From: Candidatus Multivoradales bacterium
Lineage (GTDB): Bacteria > Acidobacteriota > Thermoanaerobaculia > Multivoradales > J023
Assembly (NCBI GenBank): GCA_965248925.1
Contig: CBDFLE010000006.1
Span: 3,328,001 to 3,392,000, forward strand
Length of the DNA stretch: 64,000 nucleotides
Reading direction: 5' to 3'
Made by a program: the position numbers and the translations under genes. The notes below the pieces were generated by a model, which was not told the origin of the DNA, did no database searches, and worked only from the letters and a program-made list of their open reading frames with translations. Shown one piece after another: positions 9,613-20,800 of this stretch (position 1 is the stretch's first letter; every line of letters starts with the position of its first letter).

Positions 9613-10872
9613 TCAGCGGTCCCCAGCCGGCGGCCTCTCCTCTTTGACGAATGACGGCATCCCCTGGAAGGCCGGGGGGCGGCCAGTGCCAGACATGCCC
9701 TGTTCCATCAGCTCGGCGGTGATCAGCCGCTCGCCGCGACTGTGGGCGAAGCTCTCCATGCCCTTCTTGACCTTCTTGCGGATAAAGGAGATCGGGATGC
9801 GCTCCAGCCGGGTGAGGGCCTCGGCGGACCACACCAGCGGGTGCTCTTCGAGTGGCAAGCCGGTAGGTTGGTAGGTACAAGCCGGGTCCTCGGCCAAGTA
9901 GTCGCCATAGGCAGCGTGAGCCCGGCAGCGGCAGCCGCCGCACAGCGAGTTGAACTCACAAGCGCCACAGCGTCCCTTGAGCTGACCGAGATCGCGCAGT
10001 TCGGCGAACACCTGTGAGCCATGCCAGATCTCGGTGAGGCTCTGCTGGCGCACATTGCCGGCCACCACATCCATGTAGGGGCAGGGGGTGACATCGCCTT
10101 GCGGGGTAATGCGGCAATACTCCGTGCCGGCCATGCAGCCGCCGCTCTCGTGGCCGCCCTTGCCGCTCTGGTAGGCTAGGCGTTTGAAATGCGGCGCGCA
10201 TTTTGAGCGCACCAGCATCGGCTTGTAGTCCTCCTGGACATCCACCAGGTTGCCGAGCAACGCTTCGGTGTCGGCGGCGGCGAGGTCGTTCATCCGCTGG
10301 CCGCGGCCGGTTTGCACCAGGAAGTAGAGGTTGAAGCTCCAGGCTCCTTTCTGGCGGGTGAACTCGATCAACTCGGGAATCTCGTCCCGATTGAAATCCA
10401 TCACCGTGGTCTGCACCAGCACTTCGAGCCCGTGCGCCTTGGCTACCTCAAGAGCGCGTACCGAGTGTTCCCAAGAGTCCGGACCGCCCCGGAACTTGTT
10501 GTGCTTGGCCGGGTCGATCGAGTCGAGGCTGATGGCTACGCCTTGGATGCCGCATTCGACCATCTTCTGCGCCACCCGGTCATTGAGCAGTACGCCATTG
10601 GTGCCCATCACCGTCCACATACCCAGTTCCGAGCAGCCGGTGGCGATGTCGAAAATGTCCTTGCGCAGCAGCGGCTCGCCACCGGTGAGGATGACCATCT
10701 CGGTGCCCAGGGCCTGCATCTCAGGTAGCAGCGCCAGGCATTCCGTGGTCGTCAGCTCGCCCTCTGCTTTTTTGCCCGCCGACAGGTAGCAATGTGGGCA
10801 ACGCAAATTGCACAGCTGGGTCAAATTCCAGGAGATAAGCGACGGGCGTGGGGCGGATGGGTCGGTCGACAT
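9613..10872 (-). CDS. Radical SAM/SPASM heme-biosynthesis protein (AhbC/AhbD/NirJ-like) with C-terminal PCP_red-like domain
   Basis: CNLRCPHC SAM cluster motif; SPASM cysteines (GCMAG, PCPY, CGACEFNSLCGGCRC); tail WSAEALTRLERIPISFIRKK; directly upstream of hemY. Confidence 0.85.
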   Translation of the reverse strand: MSTDPSAPRPSLISWNLTQLCNLRCPHCYLSAGKKAEGELTTTECLALLPEMQALGTEMVILTGGEPLLRKDIFDIATGCSELGMWTVMGTNGVLLNDRVAQKMVECGIQGVAISLDSIDPAKHNKFRGGPDSWEHSVRALEVAKAHGLEVLVQTTVMDFNRDEIPELIEFTRQKGAWSFNLYFLVQTGRGQRMNDLAAADTEALLGNLVDVQEDYKPMLVRSKCAPHFKRLAYQSGKGGHESGGCMAGTEYCRITPQGDVTPCPYMDVVAGNVRQQSLTEIWHGSQVFAELRDLGQLKGRCGACEFNSLCGGCRCRAHAAYGDYLAEDPACTYQPTGLPLEEHPLVWSAEALTRLERIPISFIRKKVKKGMESFAHSRGERLITAELMEQGMSGTGRPPAFQGMPSFVKEERPPAGDR

Positions 10873-11212
10873 CGGGCTTGCTCGGGAGAGGAGGTAGCGG
10901 CGAATGCTAGCACGGCGGAGAGTCTAGGTTGGTGGCTGGTCAGGGGTGCCCGTGGTCCCAGAGCCCTATTTCGCGGCTATCGGCAGCGGCAGATTGCGAG
11001 CTTACGGCGCATTGTTCACCTTCCAGGCGACCCATGCGGGGTCGGAGGACCGCTCCCAACCCACTCGAATCAACGGCAAAGTGCAAAACGAACTGTCGCT
11101 GCTCAGTTGACCTCACCCTTTAGGCCAATTTTGGTGAGACGGACCTCTTCGGGTTTCTGATGTCCTGGCGAAATCGAAAGTTGTTGTCCGGCCGAGCGCG
11201 TTGGGATTCCTC

Positions 11213-11386
11213 TCCACGCCTGCTCCATTGCGGTGGCTGCGGTCCATGGCATGGGCTACCTTCTTGACCTGGAATTGTCGGCACATTGCCAACGCGGAGA
11301 TTCGCCATCGGTTGACGGCCGCGGTTTTGGAGAAAGGATACGAGCTGCCGGTCATCTGCACGCCGGAAGAGCTGATAGGAGAATAA
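11213..11386 (+). pseudogene. PIN-domain toxin 3' fragment, frameshifted
   Basis: IAVAAVHGMGYL in one frame continues as LTWNCRHIANA...PVICTPEEL in another; N-terminus absent. Confidence 0.75.
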
Positions 11387-11388
11387 CC

Positions 11389-11592
11389 ATGCAGCGGGAC
11401 CCTATTGTCGAAGAAGTTCGGAGGATCCGGGAAGCCCACGCGGCCAAGTTCGACTATGACCTGGCCGCAATCTGCCGCGACCTACGCCGGCAGCAGCAGG
11501 AGCCCGGCCGCAAGGTTGTTAGCCTGTCGACCCAGCGAATTCAGCCGCGTGCTAGGGCCGCGTCTGTGCCCCAAGGCATACCACTTGGGTGA
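11389..11592 (+). CDS. Small PIN-associated (antitoxin-like) protein
   Basis: AGGAG RBS; MQRDPIVEEVRRIREAHAAKFDYDLAAICRDL, a family usually found directly after this PIN type. Confidence 0.7.
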   Translation: MQRDPIVEEVRRIREAHAAKFDYDLAAICRDLRRQQQEPGRKVVSLSTQRIQPRARAASVPQGIPLG

Positions 11593-11647
11593 ACACTCAC
11601 CCATATCGGTTGGATCAGGGGATGTGTTGCCTGCAAGGCGATCTGGT

Positions 11648-11684
11648 GATCGAGTGGGATCGAGTGGGATCGAGTGGGATCGAG
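11648..11684. repeat. 10-bp tandem repeat x3.7
   Basis: GATCGAGTGG repeated. Confidence 0.9.
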
Positions 11685-11701
11685 ATATCCTGAATATGGC
11701 G

Positions 11702-11739
11702 TAAGTTGTTGTAAACAAGTGTTCCCGACTTGGGTGGCA
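11702..11739 (+). mobile_element. Isolated RAYT-element end motif
   Basis: CCGACTTGGGTGGCA (11725-11739) is the exact reverse complement of 37936-37950 and 41590-41604. It is preceded by TAAGTTGTTGTAAACAA, which resembles 39277-39293 and 48348-48364. Confidence 0.75.
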
Positions 11740-13607
11740 CTCTGAGTGGCACAGCGCTGCCACAGATCGAGGCCTACCGCCCGCTTCTACCTTTAAGCCT
11801 GTCGGTCAATGTGGCAGTCGGCGACGCGCTGGGCCTCGAGCGACTGGCCAGCTATCACTTGGGAAACATCCTGATCCACGTCGGCACGTGCCTGCTGCTC
11901 TACTTCTTCTTCAGTGAGCTGTTGCGCTTAAGACCGGGACTTTCGTCGGCTGGCCTACCGGCTTCGCACCTTTCATTTCTCGCGGTGCTTTTGTTCGCGA
12001 TGCACCCGGTCTCGGGCGTACCGGTCAACTACATCTGCGGCCGCGAACTTGAGATGATGATGTTCTTCATGGTGGCATCGCTTTGGGTCTACGTGCACAT
12101 GCGGCAGCGCGGCGACACGATCGGCGGCTGGATCTTGGCTCTCGGGCTGCTGACTCTGTCGCTCCTGGCGAAGCAGAACAGTGTTGTGATGCCGGCGCTG
12201 GTTCTCAGCTTTGACTTGCTGGTGGCTCGAAGGCCGTTCTCGGATCGTCGGGTCTACGGGCGCTTCTTCGCCTTTGGCGCAGTGGTCGCGGCGTTCTTCG
12301 TCTGGACTGAAGTTGTGCTCGACTTTTCGGATCTTGGTCAGCTCAAGACGACCTCCAATACACCTTGGATCTACGCCTTGACCATGGCTCGAACGCACGT
12401 CTTCTACTATCTTCGCAATGTGGTCTGGCCGTTCGAGATGCGGGCATTGCCGCGCATCGACCCGGCTGAAGCTTGGACCGATCCGGCGGTGCTTCTGGGG
12501 GCTGGAGTGATCCTCGCTTCGCTCTGCCTTGCTGTCGCCCTAAGAAAACGGCTTCCGCTCGCCAGTTGGTCGATCCTGGCCTACTGGCTGCTCTTTGCAC
12601 CGACGTCCTCCATCCGTCCCTTCCGCTACTTGGCTGCCGACTACCGGCAATATCCGTCACTGGCCTTCTTGGCTCTGGCTTCGATCCTGGTGGTTTTCAG
12701 CCTTTGGAGACGGTCCGCCGTCACAGCTCTGGGGCTGGCCTTCGGGATCTACTTTTCATTCTCGACCTTCGCGATCAATCGCATCTGGAGAACGGAAGGC
12801 TCTCTCTGGGCTCAGAGTGTGCGCTACGGCACGGAAGCTCAGGGTCATTTGAATTATGGATTGAGCGTCGCCGGACGAGATCCGCAGCTCGCCGAGCAAC
12901 ACTACAATAAGAGCCTCGAGCTTTCTCCGGGCAATGTCTATTCGCTCATCAACCTGGCAATGTTCGAGATCAGTCAGGGCCGGCAAGCCGAGGGACTCGC
13001 AACCATTCGCGAGGCGGCGAACCGCTCCCCCGATTGGAGCTTGACCCATTACTGGCTGGCACTCGCCGAGCGCCAGACTGGCCACGAAGAGCAGGCTCGG
13101 ATGGCTGCTATTCGAGCCGCCGAGCTCGATCCCCGCAATCCGGAATACCTCTACCTCGCCGCGCACGAGCTCCAGTTGGCAGGACAGGTGCCTCGGTCGC
13201 TCGACTATCTGGAAAAGCTCCACGAGCTCCGACCGGGTTTTCGCGACGCGGACTTCCTTCTCGGCTTCGCTCTCTTGGGTTCCGGTCGCTTCGAGGAAGG
13301 CCTGGCGGCTAGCGAGCGCGCGATCGAGATCGATCCGGATCATCTCGACGCTCGTCACAATCTGGGCTACGCCCACCGGCAACTCTCAAACTACGAGGCC
13401 GCGGCGGAGGTCTTTCGCCAGGTCTTGGCAAGGGATCCGTCGCGGGTCGTCACGCACTACGAGCTGGCTTCGACTAATGCCGAAAGCGGTCAGCTCGAAG
13501 CGGCGCGCCAGACCTTCGGAGTCCTTTTGCAGCTGGATCCGGACCATCAGGCGGCGTTGCGCGGCCTGGAGCGGCTGGAGTCACGCGACGAGTCCTCTGA
13601 GCACTAA
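11730..13607 (+). pseudogene. TMTC-like GT-C protein O-mannosyltransferase with TPRs, apparently 5'-truncated
   Basis: YRPL, YHLGNILIH, LLFAMHP, LLAKQNS, multi-TM body, then TPRs. The N-terminal TM and DD loop expected before YRP are missing, and the ORF starts inside the RAYT end motif. Confidence 0.7.
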
Positions 13608-14887
13608 GGAAACGTGTTCCCGGTCCACAGACAATAGACGCCGAGGTTGACCGTGCGGTCGTTGAAGACGTCCTCGTTCTCAACCCGGCAGAGCCAGGCA
13701 TCGTCGTTCCCCGGATCGACCCCAGAGTAGATCAACTCGACGTCATCGGCCGACCCGGCATCGCCACAACTGCCTTCTGCTGCAATGAACTCAAATCCCA
13801 CCGTGAGCGAAAGAATGGAACAGCTGCTGGTGTACTCACAAAAGTCAGCAGTGTTGTTACAGTTTGCGGTCCTGACCAACCACCAGGTCCCCACCTTTCC
13901 TTCTAGGGGGCCACTCGGGATGACAGTGGCCGGCCCGTCCGGGCCTGCTGGACCCGCTGGACCTTGGGGGCCAATAAATGAGTCCCCCATGGGGCCAAGG
14001 TCACCCGTCAAACCGGTCGGCCCCAGCGGGCCGGTCGGTCCGGGGGGACCCTGGGCTCCATTGGGTCCTCGGGGGCCAAGGGCGCCGAGGCGAATCGCAC
14101 CTTCGGGCCCGGTGGATCCGGTCGGGCCGATCAGTCCGGTCGGCCCCGCGAGCCCGAGGGTTCCCGTGGGTCCAGACAATCCGGTCGGTCCAGATGGGCC
14201 TAAAGGCCCCGTAGATCCGATCGGTCCATCGATGCCATCGCTCCCAGTGGTTCCGTCGACTCCGGTCGGTCCAGAGGGTCCGAGATCACCGGTGAGACCT
14301 TGGGTCCCCACCTCCCCGGTCGGTCCGGGTGGGCCAGGATCGCCCAAGGCTCCTGCGGCTCCGATGGGTCCTGGCGGACCGGTCGGTCCTGGTGGACCCT
14401 CTGGCCCGGCAACGTCGCTAGGAGCACCCGCCGGTCCGGTGGGTCCGGTGGGCCCGACGGGCCCTGGGTCGCCATCAGGACCGGTTGGCCCGGCGAGCCC
14501 CTCCGGCCCGCTGGGGTTGATGGTCAGATCGTGAACGTCGAATTCTCCATCGTTGGCGCCGCGGGTCACGATGAGCAGATAGTCCCCTCCGGGACATCGC
14601 GGAGTACCCATGGCGTCCGGCGGGCAGAGCGCAAGGATCTCGGTAGCCGTCGGTGTACCCGCCACCGCCAAGGAGCCGAGTTGGCCGAGAGAGACTTGCA
14701 AAGGGCTGAGTCCGCTGTCCAGGCCTTCGCCCTCGATCTGGATCAGGTCGACGTCCCCGATGACTACGGTGACTTGGTCGATGCTCATCTGGGCGATCGC
14801 CTGACCTGGCACGGTGAGGAACATCGCCGTCGCGGCAAGGGCCATCACCGCTACCCTCTCAAACGAGGCCCCGGGGCTAGTAGACAC
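13604..14887 (-). CDS. Secreted collagen-like protein (IPT-like N-domain, GPT-rich Gly-X-Y tract, Cys-containing C-domain)
   Basis: GTG 14887 with AAGGAG RBS overlapping the upstream stop; signal peptide; ~65 Gly-X-Y triplets. Confidence 0.85.
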   Translation of the reverse strand: MSTSPGASFERVAVMALAATAMFLTVPGQAIAQMSIDQVTVVIGDVDLIQIEGEGLDSGLSPLQVSLGQLGSLAVAGTPTATEILALCPPDAMGTPRCPGGDYLLIVTRGANDGEFDVHDLTINPSGPEGLAGPTGPDGDPGPVGPTGPTGPAGAPSDVAGPEGPPGPTGPPGPIGAAGALGDPGPPGPTGEVGTQGLTGDLGPSGPTGVDGTTGSDGIDGPIGSTGPLGPSGPTGLSGPTGTLGLAGPTGLIGPTGSTGPEGAIRLGALGPRGPNGAQGPPGPTGPLGPTGLTGDLGPMGDSFIGPQGPAGPAGPDGPATVIPSGPLEGKVGTWWLVRTANCNNTADFCEYTSSCSILSLTVGFEFIAAEGSCGDAGSADDVELIYSGVDPGNDDAWLCRVENEDVFNDRTVNLGVYCLWTGNTFP

Positions 14888-15926
14888 AGAAGACTCCTTG
14901 TACATATTCGGTCGCAACCTCACGGTTGATTCGACACTTCCAGGTTCTCTGCGAGCTGTCGCTTGGATCCAATCCAGAGTAATAGATCCAGTTCGGCGAA
15001 TCATGAAATCCGTCGTTTCCGGGATCCGTTCCAGCCCCACAGAGGCCGAAGACGGCCGTCATGCCTACAGGGCAAGACACAGTGTAGACAAAGGGATCGG
15101 CGCCACCGCTGTTCAAGGTTCCGATTTGGCTCCAGAAACCTTCCGGGTTGTACGGACCGCGGTCTCCCGTCGGACCGGTCGGTCCAACCGATCCGATCAG
15201 AGAGTCTCCAGGCAGTCCTTGACTCCCCTGGGTACCCTCGGGACCATCTGCGCCTGCTGGCCCCGCGGGCCCGGTCTGGCCCTCAAACCCCGCTGGGCCG
15301 GTGGCACCTTGGGGCCCGGTCGGACCGGTCGGTCCTTGGGGTCCCGTCGGTCCTACCAGTCCCGTGGGCCCTGCGGGTCCCGTGGGTCCGGCGGGTCCCG
15401 CTGGGCCGGTGGCACCCTGGAGCCCGGTCGGCCCGGTCGGTCCGATCGGGCCGGCAGCGCCCTGCGAACCGGTGGCCCCTTGGGCGCCGGTGGGTCCGGT
15501 AGCACCCATCGTTCCGGTCCCGCCGGGCACTCCAACGCTTCCTGAGGATCCGCTCGGCCCAGTGGGTCCTGTGGCTCCCGTTGGGCCTACAGCACCTTGC
15601 TCTCCGGTGGGGCCGGTCGGCCCTCCTGATCCGGTGGGCCCAGTTGCACCAGCGGGTCCCGTAGAACCTTGAGATCCTATTGGCCCTGGCGCCCCGACCG
15701 CCCCGGTTGGACCCTCGGGACCCGTCGGCCCTCGCGCACCAAGGGTCAGATGAAAGGCGTCGCTTTCAGCGTCGCCGCCGCCCCGCGCGACCACCAGAAC
15801 GAAGTCACCCGATGGGCAAGTCGGCTGTCCGGAGCCATCCTCCGGGCATTGCACGACAATCTCGGTGTCGGAAGGACTCCCGAGGATTGGCAGTGCGCCG
15901 TAGTTGCCGAGGGTGACCACCAGGGG
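14877..15926 (-). pseudogene. Collagen-like paralog 2, lacking its 5' end
   Basis: Begins mid-domain ([28 protein letters not shown], homologous to [28 protein letters not shown]), followed by a long GPT tract and a Cys C-domain. Confidence 0.75.
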
Positions 15927-16906
15927 CCGCTGGCTCCAGCGAGGCCTGGGCTTCCTGTAGAACCCTGCGGACCGCTATTCCCAGCGGCGCCCTGCGGGCC
16001 GTCGGGTCCTGTAGGCCCAGGGGGTCCGGGGGCTCCGGGAGCTCCGGTCGGTCCGGGGAGTCCGGAGATCACTTCGCCGGTTGGCCCCTGAGGACCCATC
16101 GGCCCCTCCACGCCAGCTTCTCCAATGGTCAGGTCATAGTCTGCACCTGGCCATTCCTCCCGCGCAGACGACAAGGTCAGCCGGTAGTCGCCGACTACAC
16201 AAGTCGGCACCCCCGTAGGATCTTCGGGACATTCCACTGTCAGTTGGTTGGCGGTCGGCGTGCCCACGATCGACAAAGGGGACGAAGTACCCAGACGTAC
16301 CGCGAAACCGCTGGTTGAGTCGGAAAAGCCTCCATCGAGAGCCTGCCCTCTCACGGCCAAGGTGTCTTGGGCTCCATAACCTACGGTCACACTTTGGATC
16401 GTCGGAACCGCTTGTCCGAGAGTCGAGGACCAGGCAAATGTGTTGCCGGACTCAAATCCGTCGGCAAAGATCAATTCTCCAGCAAACCCGCCAGTCTTGC
16501 TCTCGGATCTCGCTTCCAGCTCGATCGCTACCGTAGCCCGGTCTTCGAGATAGGCCCGGTCTAGGTCTCGAGCCTGTACCGTCAGCAGATAGGTGGAGAA
16601 CGCCCCTTCGGAGTCGAGTGGGCGGGCATTGGCGACGAAAATCTCACCGGACCGCGGATTGATGGCGAACGCCGATCCGGTATTGCCGCCGAGGATCGAG
16701 AATCGTAAGCGCTGCCCAGGAACACCATCTACCCTAACCTGGCCGACGCTTTGCCCTGGTACCGGTCCGGCTTTCAGGACGAACTCCTGATTCGGCAGAA
16801 AGAAGGTATCCGGCTGGCTTGCAGCCACGACCCCGAAGCTTGCAAACCAGCCGGCGGTCAAGAACAACCCGACGGTTGTGACTCGGTGGTGGGCGGAGAA
16901 AATCAT
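15927..16906 (-). pseudogene. Collagen-like paralog 1 (cadherin domain + FADGFESG motif + IPT-like domain + collagen), 3'-truncated
   Basis: Cadherin motifs ([33 protein letters not shown]). Gly-X-Y breaks at GASGP, where the sequence joins paralog 2 out of frame; the ORF reads on to 15746. Confidence 0.75.
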
Positions 16907-17172
16907 CGGCGTGTCCCTTGGTCCAGTGTGACTGTTCTAGCTCCCCTGCCACCCCAGCGTTTCAGCTTGTCATCGCTGCCGGTCCTACTCTCGGCCTGGT
17001 CGAAGGGACTCTGCCGGGGTTCAGGTAGCCTCTACATTTGAAAGCGCAGAATTCCTAGCTCTGCCATCACGAGAAACGGAAAAAGATTATTCGGAACTGT
17101 TGGAGGCGCGAGGCGTGAATCGAACGTCGCTGCCTCGGCCTGCTTGCGCGCGCGAATGGGCGCGGTTTTCGG

Positions 17173-17736
17173 TCAGCGCTGAAGCTCGTGGCGCAGCCAG
17201 GCTCGGGCAGCCTTCCAGTCGCGCTCGACCGTTGCGACCGACGTATCGAGGACCACCGCCGCCTCACGGTTGGTCAGTCCGCCGAAAAACCGCAGCTCCA
17301 CCAGCTGGGCTGGCCGCGGGGCGATTTCGGCAAAACGCTCGAGTACTCGGTGGAGGTCGAGCACGTCGACATCCGGTCCGGCCAGCGGTGTAACTCGGGT
17401 GTCGAGCGTGATCCGATCGGCGGGACTGATGCGCTTATCGGCCTGTAAGCGCCGGCCGTGATCGACGAGAATCCGCCGCATCGAACGCGCCGCCAGGGCA
17501 AAGAAATGCGCCCGATCAACGGCCTTGACGTCGGTGCCGATCAGCCGGACGAACGCCTCATTGACCAGCGCGGTGGGCTGCAACGTATGACCAGCACGCT
17601 CGCGGCGCAGGTAGGCGCTGGCAAGCCCCCGCAGCTCGTCGTACACCCGAGGCAACAACTCCGCGGCCACGTCCTCGTCGCCCGCGCGCCAGCGCGAGAA
17701 AAGTCTGGTGACGGCGCCTTCCGTCTGATCGTTCAT
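17173..17736 (-). CDS. ECF sigma factor, Ser/Thr-kinase-associated type (TIGR02999-like)
   Basis: LLPRVYDELRGLA, GHTLQPTALVNEA, MRRILVDH, VELRFFGGL, TVERDWKAARAWL. Confidence 0.9.
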   Translation of the reverse strand: MNDQTEGAVTRLFSRWRAGDEDVAAELLPRVYDELRGLASAYLRRERAGHTLQPTALVNEAFVRLIGTDVKAVDRAHFFALAARSMRRILVDHGRRLQADKRISPADRITLDTRVTPLAGPDVDVLDLHRVLERFAEIAPRPAQLVELRFFGGLTNREAAVVLDTSVATVERDWKAARAWLRHELQR

Positions 17737-17898
17737 CGGTTTATGGCTTAGAACTCGCCCAGAATAACAGCACCGTCCCGCCTTGCAGCACCGATCTCTC
17801 CAGTGTTCTGGGCGAAGACACGAAGACCAGTAAGGCGGCACAGCTCTTCACCATCAACTTCGGCGCCCCCAAGGACTTTGCTGAGGGCCAATTCAGAA

Positions 17899-20800
17899 AT
17901 GAACCAGCTACCAGCCTCCCATTCGTCTCGCTTCTGGAGCCCCGTTCGCGCTCTCATCGAAACGCTCTTCTCGACCCTCCTATCAGCATGCCCTAGCGCC
18001 GCCACGGTGCTCGGTGCTCGGTCTCGGTTGACCGTGCTCGCAGTGATGGGCGCCCTGGTCACCACCTCGGGCGCCCAAGCGGCGGAGGTGCCTCTCGGCA
18101 AGCTCACGGTGGATGGCGCGTTTTTCGGTGCGGTCTCGGTCCACGCCGCGGATGTGGATGGCGACGGAGATACAGACATTCTCGGCGCGGCAACCACTGC
18201 CGATGCCATCACATGGTGGGAGAACACGGCAGGCGACGGATCTGCTTGGACTGAGCACTCGGTCGATGACGCCTTTGACGGTGCGTTTTCGGTGTATGCG
18301 ATGGATGTGGACGGCGACGGAGATACAGACATCCTCGGTGCGGCGTTTCTCTCTGCCGATGTCACGTGGTGGGAGAACTTGGCGGGTGACGGGTCCTCAT
18401 GGAATGAGCACACGGCCGATTTTGCCTTCGGTGGCGCGAGCTCGGTGTACGCGGCGGATCTCGACGGCGACGGAGATAACGACATCCTCGGAGCAGCACG
18501 AAATGATGGTGACATCGCCTGGTACGAGAACGAGACCATCCATCGCAGCGCGGTGCATCCAGTAGAGCACACGGTGGATGGTGCGTTTGATTTCGTGAGC
18601 TCGGTGTACGCGGCGGACGTGGACGGCGACGGCGATACCGACATCCTCGGCGCCGCACAGGTGGGCGATGACATCAAGTGGTGGGAGAACACAGCCGGAG
18701 ACGCCTCCGCATGGACAGAGCACACGGTGGATGGCGATTTCGACGGTGCGCGGTCGGTGTACGCGGCGGATGTAGACGGTGACGGCGATACCGACATCCT
18801 GGGCGCGGCGTTGTTTGCCGATGACATCACCTGGTGGGAGAACCAAGGCGGTCAATTCGCTCTGCCGACTGCCGACATTGCACCAGTGCACGTGATCAAT
18901 GGCACGACGGTCGCCGCGCTCGAAATCGACGCTGTCCACCGCGGTCGCACTGGCGATCAGGACGCCGAGCTAGTGACCTTGGAGTTGCTCTTGGAGGACA
19001 GCACGGCGGCGCCCCTGACCGGGGCCCAGGCCGACGCACTCCTGGTCGAGCTAACGATCTACCTCGACGACGGCTCGGGGGCCTTGGAGCCGGGGACAGA
19101 CACTGCGGTCGAGACGATCTCCAGCTTCGCCCTCACCGCCGGGATTCTGACGGTGAGCTTCGCCGATGCAGATCCCAGCGTGCAAATCCCCTTCGCTGCT
19201 TCCAAGAAGTATTTTGTCGGTCTAACCTTCGAGACGGGAGCCTCGGCGGCGACGCCCGCCGACATCCGGGTGACTCACGTCACCGAAGCATCGAGCACCG
19301 GCGAGGACGCCGATCACGACCTACCGATCGTGTTGGAATTCTCGTCGAATACGGCATCCACCCTCGTCGAGGTCAACGACGCGGCGGTGGCCCTGAGCGA
19401 CGTGGCTGCGATGTTCGAAGACGGCTCAGTCGTCGGCAACGTGCTCGACGGCACCTTGGGGGGACTCGATTCCGATGAGGAGAACGACCCATTGACCGCC
19501 TTGCTGGTAAGCGGTCCGTCAAGCGGCGTGCTGGTTGGGGGTCTGGCCGCGAACGGTACTTTCACCTACCAGCCCAATGCCGATTTCAATGGCGTCGACG
19601 TCTTTACCTACGCCGTCTCCGACGGCTTCGAGGACGTCAATTCCGCCTCGGTGACGATCACTGTTGGCGCGGTGAACGACGCACCGAGCTTTGCGATCAC
19701 ACCGTCGGTGATGGTGGATCAAGATCTCGGGCCGCAGACCATCGCGAGTTTCGCGACCAGCGTCAGCCCGGGTCCGGCCGACGAGGCAGGCCAGAGCTTG
19801 ACCTTCAACGTCACCGGCAACACCAATGCGGCGCTGTTCAGCGCTGGCCCGCTGCTGGCGAGCGACGGCACGCTGACCTTCACTTCGGCACCGTCGGCGG
19901 TCGGTATCGCTATCCTCACCGTCGAGCTGATGGACGACGGCGGCTTGGCCAATGGCGGGGTCGATACCAGCGCAGCACTAGACTTCGAGATCGAGATCGC
20001 CGATGGGATTGCTCCCGAAGTCGTTGCGCTCGCAGCCGCATCGGGGGGCGTGGTCGAAGACTGCGCCGAGCTGGCCGGCTTCACCGCTGCTTTGATCGTT
20101 GGCTTCAGCGAACCGATGGCCGATCCACTGGGCGACAGCGATCCCGAGGACGTCACAAATCCGCTCAACTACCAACTGATCGGTTCGGGTCCGGACAACG
20201 ACCTGTCGACCCTAGGCTGCAACGCCTTAGCGGCTGACGATGTGCCGATGCCGCCAGCTGGCGTGACGTTTGATGCGGTCACCAACGAAGCGACGGTGGC
20301 TTTCGCGCCGAGTCTGGACGATGGCATCTACCACCTGTTCGTTTGCGCCACGCTCGAGGACCCGACCGGCAATCCACTGCCGGGCGAGATTGCGGTCACC
20401 TTCCGCCAGAGCGCCACCAACGTGTTCCGCAACGGCTGGGTTGACTGCGATCTTCGCGACTGGGCCCTAGCCAGCACGGTGCCAGAGGAGATTGAACACA
20501 GCTCCAAAGATGTCGACGACGCCTCGGTCTCGGGCTCGGTGCACATCACCAACCTGAGCGGAACACAATTCAGCGTCGGCCAATGCGTCCACCTGAGCTG
20601 CTCGGCGTTCGAAGTCCAGACCCGTCTGCGAATCGATGGTGCGACGGATGTCAGGGTGGATGTCGCCACGACCTGTGAGTACTTCTCCACTGCCGGCTGT
20701 ACCGGCAACGTCTTGGGGCAAGGAAGCAGCGTGGAGATGTTCGAAGAAACCGCCGGACTGTGGCTGCCGGTGACCAACGCCGCGGATGCTACAGGCGCAC

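Noticed and set aside
11648-11684. 10-bp repeat as CRISPR or iteron
   Set aside because: Head-to-tail with no spacers and no rep gene; a simple tandem repeat.
13785-16091. Plus-strand Gly/Pro-rich ORFs (e.g. 13785-14534, 15301-15672)
   Set aside because: Antisense shadows of the collagen genes; GGN-CCN codons are self-complementary.
16947-16957. TGGGGTGGCA (minus strand) and a similar TTTGGGGTGGTA near 3342-3353 as extra RAYT ends
   Set aside because: Short matches expected by chance in GC-rich DNA, with no adjacent duplication or flanking homology.
17748-18830. 360-aa minus-strand repeat ORF
   Set aside because: Antisense shadow of the FG-GAP repeats.
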